Shown: positions 58,395 to 64,000 of the stretch, one piece after another | Numbering within the stretch: position 1 is the stretch's first letter | How the letters are laid out: each line of letters opens with the position of its first letter | Assembly: GCA_963675755.2 (NCBI GenBank) | Contig: CAXXMD010000003.1 | Coordinates: 1,760,001-1,824,000, forward strand | Direction: 5' to 3' | DNA from: a bacterium | GTDB lineage: Bacteria > Zhuqueibacterota > Zhuqueibacteria > Residuimicrobiales > Krinioviventaceae | DNA: 64,000 nt | Made by a program: the position numbers and the translations under genes | Notes under the pieces: generated by a model | The model's database searches: none | The model's input: the letters and a program-made list of their open reading frames with translations, nothing else | Told to the model about the DNA's origin: nothing

Positions 58395-60989
58395 ATGAAG
58401 CTGAACAAGGTAGTTCTTGCAGTAGTTTGGTGTATTTCAATAGCTTTTGCTGGTGAGCCTCAGATTGTAGTTCCTGATTTTCAGGTGAATGAAGCGGGGG
58501 GAGCTGGTAAATTGGACAAGTATAATCCCATGTTGAAACAAATAAATGATGATAGAATGATTTTGGTATGGGTAGATAAAAGATACGGGAGATTTGAAAA
58601 GATTTTTGGTCAGCTATATACATTGCAAGGCGATAAAATTGGTGCAAACCAACAATTAACATATATAGACAGCATTTATACTACTTCTTCTCCAGCAGTC
58701 ACTCCTGGTGAAAACGGGGAATTTCTTTTAACCTGGCAGGGAAATGATCATCATGGATATTTTGCGCAATTATTTGATAAAGACGCAAACCCGTTGGCTC
58801 CATATTTTTCAATTCATGAAGGAGAATATTCCAGATCTTTTTTTGATAATATTTGTGTCGATTATCATTCAAGATTTCATATTGTATGGAATAAAAATGC
58901 TGAAAATGATACATCGTTTGTCTTTATGACCACGCTTGATGAGAGCGGCACCAATAAAGAAAAAACTATTATATTAAAGAAATCTTTGAACCGGACTTTT
59001 TCTAATTTGACAATGAGTTATCATAAAAATGGAGAATTCCTGCTAACCTGTTGGGAGCCGGATAGTTTGGGATACATGCACCTGACATCACAAGTGTTTG
59101 ATACTAACGGAAACCCTGTTAATGAGCCTCAGAAATTATTAAAAACTGAAGGATTTTATTTTAAAACCAAATGTATTGATGTTGATGAGGGATTCGTTGT
59201 TCCTGTTTTTAAATTTAACGACAATAATTTTGCTAGACCAGAGTTTTTAAGAATTTCTTTGCAAGGGGAGTTAATAACAACTCCTTTAGATAGTGTTGGA
59301 CAAGAGGTGTCTGGTGTTAATGTGATTTCAAAAACAAACAACAATACATTTTATATAACCTGGCAAGAATCAGATTACAATAATATGAATTTTATCAAAA
59401 GTCAGGAATTCAGCGGTTCTTGTGAGGCTCTGGGCGATCCATTTGTATTGTATGAATCCGATTATGATCCGTTTAAAAACAGAGTTGTTTTAGGCAATGC
59501 AATTTATGTAAATAATCAAATAAATTTTTGCGTAACAAAACATATGGATTATAATTATGAATTATTTACTTACAACTATTCTTTATCAAATAATAAACTA
59601 GATGAAAATGAACCGGTTGATGATTTTATAGGATTCGCGTCTCAAAAGAATCCACGAGTTATGGTTGATGCGAACAAAGATTTTAGAGTGTTTTGGCGAG
59701 ATGATCGTTTTGAAAGAGCTAATTATGATATATTTGAGCAAGGTTTTAATATAAAAGGTGAAAGAAAAGGGAACAATTTAAACCTGACGCAAGGGTCTTC
59801 AATCTGTGGACAACAGAATATTTTCAATTTGAGCGATACTGGATTTTTAATGACATGGATTGAGAAAAAAGACGATACACATGTTATTTCAGTTCAACAA
59901 TATTCATCGAGTTTGGAGGCTGTGGGAAAGAAAATAGAATTAAAGGAAAATAATGTCTATTTAATAGGTGGTTGTCCTCAAATAGCTTCACTTCCAAAAG
60001 GTCCTAATATTGTTTGTTTTACTGAAAGAGGTGACATGAATGACTATACTTCTTTTCTATTGTTTGATAAACAGGGTAATAGTATTGGTGAAAAGGTGCA
60101 ATTAGATGATATGCCGTATCGTAATTCTGTTCATCCGTTTAATGATACAACGTTTATTGTGTTGGGTGAATGGGTGGATTGTTTTTTTCAAATGGTCTCG
60201 TCAAAGGGAGTATTAGGTATTAATGTGGATTTTGATGGTCAGGAAAATTTGTTTTTTAATCCTGTTGAAAAATATCTGTTGGGTTTTAGCTATAAAAATT
60301 TACAGATGATAATGCAACGTTTCAATGTTGATGGTAGTAAATTGGATTCTGCCAAAGTCACCTTTGATGAAATAGATGGTTATGAACCGGGTTTGCCCCG
60401 TGTGCTATTTGATAGTATAGGCAATTTTGTTGTTACATGGACCCAAGATAGTTTTAACATTAACAACTATCCTGTACCCTATTTGTGGGGTCAATACTTT
60501 AACAGGCAAGCTGAGCCAGTTGGATCACGTTTTCTTATTAAAGAGAATTTTTATTTTCAGGAATATGATTTAGCGTATGAAAATAATATATTATTTTTAA
60601 GCTGGGAGGGATTCAATGATGATCAATTTGATATGTATTCAGAAAATGATATCTGGGCCAGAATATTAGATCTGACTCCAGTTATTACATCTGTGGAAGA
60701 AAATAGTGTTGATTTACAACAACCGCATACTTTTCAGCTTTTACAAAACTATCCCAATCCCTTTAATCCGGTAACACAGATAAGGTATTCACTGGCTGAG
60801 GCAAGCCGGGTAAATCTGACAATTTATGATACGTTGGGCCGCAATGTGCGCACCCTAATTGACGCGCGTCAATCGGCGGGATACCATAATGTGGATGTAG
60901 ACGCGGGCAAGCTGCCAAGCGGGGTGTATTTTTACAAACTGCAATGCGGCAGCCAGGTGCAAACCCGCAAGATGCTGTTGTTGAGATAG
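58395..60989 (+). CDS. Secreted beta-rich repeat protein with T9SS-type-A-like tail
   Basis: Signal peptide, repeats of type P.V....G.F.V.W.D.R....IF.Q.F...G, and tail NYPNPFNP...SGVYFY...RKMLLLR. Confidence 0.8.
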   Translation: MKLNKVVLAVVWCISIAFAGEPQIVVPDFQVNEAGGAGKLDKYNPMLKQINDDRMILVWVDKRYGRFEKIFGQLYTLQGDKIGANQQLTYIDSIYTTSSPAVTPGENGEFLLTWQGNDHHGYFAQLFDKDANPLAPYFSIHEGEYSRSFFDNICVDYHSRFHIVWNKNAENDTSFVFMTTLDESGTNKEKTIILKKSLNRTFSNLTMSYHKNGEFLLTCWEPDSLGYMHLTSQVFDTNGNPVNEPQKLLKTEGFYFKTKCIDVDEGFVVPVFKFNDNNFARPEFLRISLQGELITTPLDSVGQEVSGVNVISKTNNNTFYITWQESDYNNMNFIKSQEFSGSCEALGDPFVLYESDYDPFKNRVVLGNAIYVNNQINFCVTKHMDYNYELFTYNYSLSNNKLDENEPVDDFIGFASQKNPRVMVDANKDFRVFWRDDRFERANYDIFEQGFNIKGERKGNNLNLTQGSSICGQQNIFNLSDTGFLMTWIEKKDDTHVISVQQYSSSLEAVGKKIELKENNVYLIGGCPQIASLPKGPNIVCFTERGDMNDYTSFLLFDKQGNSIGEKVQLDDMPYRNSVHPFNDTTFIVLGEWVDCFFQMVSSKGVLGINVDFDGQENLFFNPVEKYLLGFSYKNLQMIMQRFNVDGSKLDSAKVTFDEIDGYEPGLPRVLFDSIGNFVVTWTQDSFNINNYPVPYLWGQYFNRQAEPVGSRFLIKENFYFQEYDLAYENNILFLSWEGFNDDQFDMYSENDIWARILDLTPVITSVEENSVDLQQPHTFQLLQNYPNPFNPVTQIRYSLAEASRVNLTIYDTLGRNVRTLIDARQSAGYHNVDVDAGKLPSGVYFYKLQCGSQVQTRKMLLLR

Positions 60990-60993
60990 TGTA

Positions 60994-61244
60994 CTATTGC
61001 ATCCCTACGGGATGCCAGTTCCAGGTTGTCATGGTATCTATAAATATTGGGTCCCTGACGGGACCTTTGGATTGGTGGGATGATCAAAGATCTCACAATG
61101 TGGATATAGATTGAATTACGGAATCAATCCGTTTCTTTGGTTGAATCTAATAAATCGGAATTATTCTAGGGCGGTCCCGTAGGGACGGGATATTTGTAGC
61201 CAATGCCATAATAAACAAATCAGCGTCCCATGGGGACGCGATGG
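60994..61244. repeat. REPIN/MITE-like unit 3 (251 bp)
   Basis: Direct repeat of unit 1, beginning just 4 nt after the stop codon of 58395-60989. Confidence 0.85.
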
Positions 61245-61308
61245 AAATGGTTAAGGAAGTGCTCAATATTAATGCATTTATGATATTTTGTTAATTAAGA
61301 TATGTAGT

Positions 61309-61558
61309 CTTTTGCATCTCTACGGAATGCCTGTCCTTAGTTTTGATGGTATCTACAAATATTGGGTCCCTGACGGGCCCCCTGGATTGGTGGGATGAGC
61401 GATGATCTCACCATGTTGAATTAGATTGAATTAAAGAAACAATCCAGTTTTTTGGTTAAATCCTTGAAACCGGATTCGTTTGACGAAGGTCCCCGCAGGG
61501 ACCGGATAGTTGTAGCCTATGTCAGAAAACAAATCAGCGTCCCATCGGGACGCGATAG
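61309..61558. repeat. REPIN/MITE-like unit 4 (250 bp)
   Basis: Direct repeat of unit 2 without the insertion; ends 61 bp before tnpA. Confidence 0.85.
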
Positions 61559-61619
61559 AAATTATAATAAATTTTTAAAAATCCTGGTGTTTGATGAAAA
61601 TTATATGGGGGTGTTAATT

Positions 61620-62081
61620 ATGGCCAATACGTTTACTCAAATCTATCTGCAATTGGTTTTTGCCGTACAAAACCGGATGTCACTAATTCAGGATTCCTGG
61701 AAAGATGAATTATACAAATATATTACAGGAATTGTACAAAATCAGGGACACAAATTGATAGCCATCAATGGGATACCTGACCATTTACACCTGTTGATTG
61801 GATATAATCCAAATCAAAAAATACCGGATATGCTTCAGGACATCAAAGGTTCTTCATCTACATGGATTAATGAAAAAGGTTTTTTAAAAGGAAAATTCAA
61901 TTGGCAGTCGGGTTATGGCGCTTTTTCCTATTCCCGTTCACAAATTAATGATGTAATAAATTATATAAACGATCAGCAGCAACACCATGCAAAGTTATCT
62001 TTTCATCAGGAATATATTCAATTTTTGAAATTATTTGATATATCTTTTGATGAAAAGTATATATTTCAAGAGGTCAAATAA
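61620..62081 (+). CDS. tnpA: IS200/IS605-family HUH (Y1) transposase TnpA, REP-associated type
   Basis: HUH motif PDHLHLL, KGSSS, WQSGYGAFS and catalytic Tyr in YINDQ; 153 aa from ATG 61620; no tnpB follows. Confidence 0.92.
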   Translation: MANTFTQIYLQLVFAVQNRMSLIQDSWKDELYKYITGIVQNQGHKLIAINGIPDHLHLLIGYNPNQKIPDMLQDIKGSSSTWINEKGFLKGKFNWQSGYGAFSYSRSQINDVINYINDQQQHHAKLSFHQEYIQFLKLFDISFDEKYIFQEVK

Positions 62082-62174
62082 ATAGTTCAGCGAATACCCT
62101 CCCAAAAAAGATTGTTTTATTTTTCAAGATAATCATTAAATTATGGTTAAAATAACTTAATCATGAGGGGTATC

Positions 62175-62978
62175 ATGAAAACAAAATTTGTATTTGTACT
62201 GGTGTTTATCTCTTCGCTGTCATTTGCGCAGGGATTGCCAATTCTGGAAAATTTAGAGTTACGTGCAGGTCTTGATTATGAATTCGGCATGTTTAATCAT
62301 AATCCTGAAGCCCTTGTGGAATGGGAAGGCAATCCCTTTAGCGGTTCGGATGTGAATCCTGAGCAGAATTTCAGTCCTACCTACATGTTTAAACCGTGGG
62401 TATATGTAAAAATTTCGCGAGTGGGTATCGGGTTTTCCGAATTTGGCAACAAGCTGTTCGACTCGGTCGGTGCCGCATCAAAAACCGAAATGGAATATAA
62501 ATCCGGCAAGTCTTTTGGTGATGTTGAAGGTACAACCGGTAATACCGAAATCGCTCTAGATTGGTATATTCAGGAATCATTGGCGTTGACCGCTACCTAT
62601 TTGAATATGCGATATGATGCAGAGCCCGCGGACCCAAATGGAGGCAGTGCGCTTTTGAAACGTGCCGTATTCAGCATGACTGGTAATGGTGTGGGTATAG
62701 GAATTAAAACCAATAATGTAATTAATCGCAGATATGCTTTGCGTATGATGTTCATGTACTATCCAACTCTGAGCAGTGAATATGTTATTGATGATAACGA
62801 GGATGACAAGCAGTCATTTGACAGCTATATCTATGCTACACGGGTGAATGTAGACCGCAAGCTGATTAATGGATTGTGGGCAACCGTAGGACTGGACTGG
62901 ATCCATTCATCAGATAATGATAAATTTGTTCGCAATACCCGATTGATGTTAGATGCAGGAGTATATGTAGCGTTTTAA
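62175..62978 (+). CDS. Putative outer-membrane beta-barrel protein (third, diverged paralogue of 47181/47992)
   Basis: Shares AQ.LPIL, W..NPF.S.VNPEQ, FSE.GN.LFD, YYP.L and LW.T.G motifs; terminal Phe; GAGGGG RBS before ATG 62175. Confidence 0.65.
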   Translation: MKTKFVFVLVFISSLSFAQGLPILENLELRAGLDYEFGMFNHNPEALVEWEGNPFSGSDVNPEQNFSPTYMFKPWVYVKISRVGIGFSEFGNKLFDSVGAASKTEMEYKSGKSFGDVEGTTGNTEIALDWYIQESLALTATYLNMRYDAEPADPNGGSALLKRAVFSMTGNGVGIGIKTNNVINRRYALRMMFMYYPTLSSEYVIDDNEDDKQSFDSYIYATRVNVDRKLINGLWATVGLDWIHSSDNDKFVRNTRLMLDAGVYVAF

Positions 62979-62998
62979 ATGTAACAATATACGAGCAT

Positions 62999-63058
62999 AA
63001 TCCTGGTTACCTTGAATGATTTGAGATTTTTTTCAGTAACCGGGATTTATCTTTTTTT
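62999..63058 (+). terminator. Possible terminator hairpin
   Basis: AATCCTGGTTAC/GTAACCGGGATT stem with a long loop, followed by a T-tract. Confidence 0.4.
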
Positions 63059-63137
63059 GGGGGGAATCATGGGAAGCTATTCTATGGATTCTTTCAAAAG
63101 TGATCAGGGTTTTCAAAAATATGAAAGGGGTTTAAAA

Positions 63138-64000
63138 ATGGTATATCGAACCGGCCGATGGATTGTATTGTTTATCCTTTTTATTTCAAGTATTCAGTTA
63201 AAAGCCCAGTATTTAACTGAGCAATGGAGTTTTGCAGCTTTCCATACACCCATTGGTTTGCCGAATATCTGCTGTGCTGATCTGAATGATGATGGGAAAC
63301 AAGAGATAGTATTGGGACATTCTTTTGGAAGTCGCATAACTATTCTTGAATATCAAAATGGTGATTATGTTCCAATCTGGAATAGCCGTATTTTCAATGC
63401 GACTACTTTATATGCCGCGAGTTACCTAAATGTATTGGATATTGATAATGACAGTGAGAATGAGCTTGTAATTGTATTTGAAAATGGAGTCATTGAGATA
63501 TATGATGGTAAAACGTTAGAGATTGAATCATCGTTTCAGCAGGAAAAGTTTCCTGTAAAAGAATGCTGTATCAGTGATGTTGATAATGACGGGACCCAGG
63601 AAATTCTCATGTTTTTGTTTTATGACTTGTTGATCTATGATGCAGAGACTTTTGACTGCGAATGGGATTCCACTTTTAATTACCATTCCGATATCAAAGT
63701 AGGAGATATTGACGGAGATGGGGAAAATGAAATCGTATTAGGTGCAGGTAAGGTTTTAAACGGCAAGACTCACAAGGTCGAATGGAACTCTATGGTTGCA
63801 TTTGGAGAAGATATTGAACTGGCAGACATAGACCAGGATGGCATTGATGAAATAGTGGGTAGAAAGGATTATTTTAATGTGTTTGCATTTGACGGTCAAA
63901 GCCATGATGTTTTATGGCAATTGTCAACAGAATATGATATGAGATCACTTGCGGTTACCGATTTTGAAAATGACGGGATTTTGGAAATTTTATTGGGCCA
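63138..64000 (+). CDS. Secreted FG-GAP/VCBS-repeat protein, 3'-truncated by window edge (absent from ORF track)
   Basis: Open frame MVYRTGRWIVLFILF... with DxDxDG repeats: DLNDDGKQEIV, DIDNDSENELV, DVDNDGTQEIL, DIDGDGENEIV, DIDQDGIDEIV and DFENDGILEIL. Confidence 0.8.
   Translation, partial: MVYRTGRWIVLFILFISSIQLKAQYLTEQWSFAAFHTPIGLPNICCADLNDDGKQEIVLGHSFGSRITILEYQNGDYVPIWNSRIFNATTLYAASYLNVLDIDNDSENELVIVFENGVIEIYDGKTLEIESSFQQEKFPVKECCISDVDNDGTQEILMFLFYDLLIYDAETFDCEWDSTFNYHSDIKVGDIDGDGENEIVLGAGKVLNGKTHKVEWNSMVAFGEDIELADIDQDGIDEIVGRKDYFNVFAFDGQSHDVLWQLSTEYDMRSLAVTDFENDGILEILLG

Larger units (their letters stand above)
57598..62081 (+). mobile_element. Putative REP/TnpA(Y1)-associated composite element with cargo gene
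   Basis: Two ~565-670-bp direct-repeat doublets flank one gene and precede tnpA; mobility is inferred, not shown. Confidence 0.5.

Noticed and set aside
57598-61558. CRISPR array interpretation of the repeated hairpins
   Set aside because: Repeats occur in inverted pairs with conserved rather than unique intervening sequence, the period is irregular, and no cas genes are present.
57598-61558. Integron attC sites
   Set aside because: No clear RYYYAAC...GTTRRRY core pair and no tyrosine-recombinase integrase; the adjacent enzyme is an HUH/Y1 transposase.
61452-61619. N-terminal extension of TnpA shown in the ORF track
   Set aside because: It runs through repeat unit 4; family similarity begins at MANTFTQ (ATG 61620), which has a G-rich RBS.
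62082-62174. TnpB/omegaRNA or a right-end hairpin downstream of tnpA
   Set aside because: No RuvC-like ORF, REP copy or convincing hairpin is visible in this 93-bp gap.

Overview
64-kb window of an AT-rich bacterial chromosome. Four proteins end in 'NYPNPFN' T9SS-type-A-like sorting tails, which together with the gene content suggests an FCB-related lineage such as KSB1/Calditrichota (inference only). From left to right it holds: a partial TPR-CHAT protease; an ssb-led nucleoside-salvage operon (cdd, udk, DUF2905, tdk, nupC, PNP, methyltransferase) divergent from a ParB-like + spore-photoproduct-lyase-like radical SAM pair; a ClC channel, orphan GroES, M2/M3 peptidase, DUF4921 and GH20; a SigH/SigR-like ECF sigma overlapping a frameshifted photolyase; two DUF3160 paralogues; glnK-amtB; a polysaccharide cluster (rfbB, NDP-sugar dehydrogenase, wecB, SLBB exporter); nadE; a frameshifted UDG-like gene; a duplicated beta-barrel/TonB-receptor/lipoprotein operon; and glycan-utilisation genes. 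The most striking non-coding structure is at 57.6-62.1 kb: four ~250-bp inverted-repeat (REPIN/MITE-like) units form two direct-repeat doublets that bracket an AT-rich secreted-protein gene and lie just upstream of a stand-alone HUH/Y1 (IS200-type) transposase. No rRNA, tRNA or CRISPR array was recognised. All assignments come from reading motifs by eye; no database searches were run.
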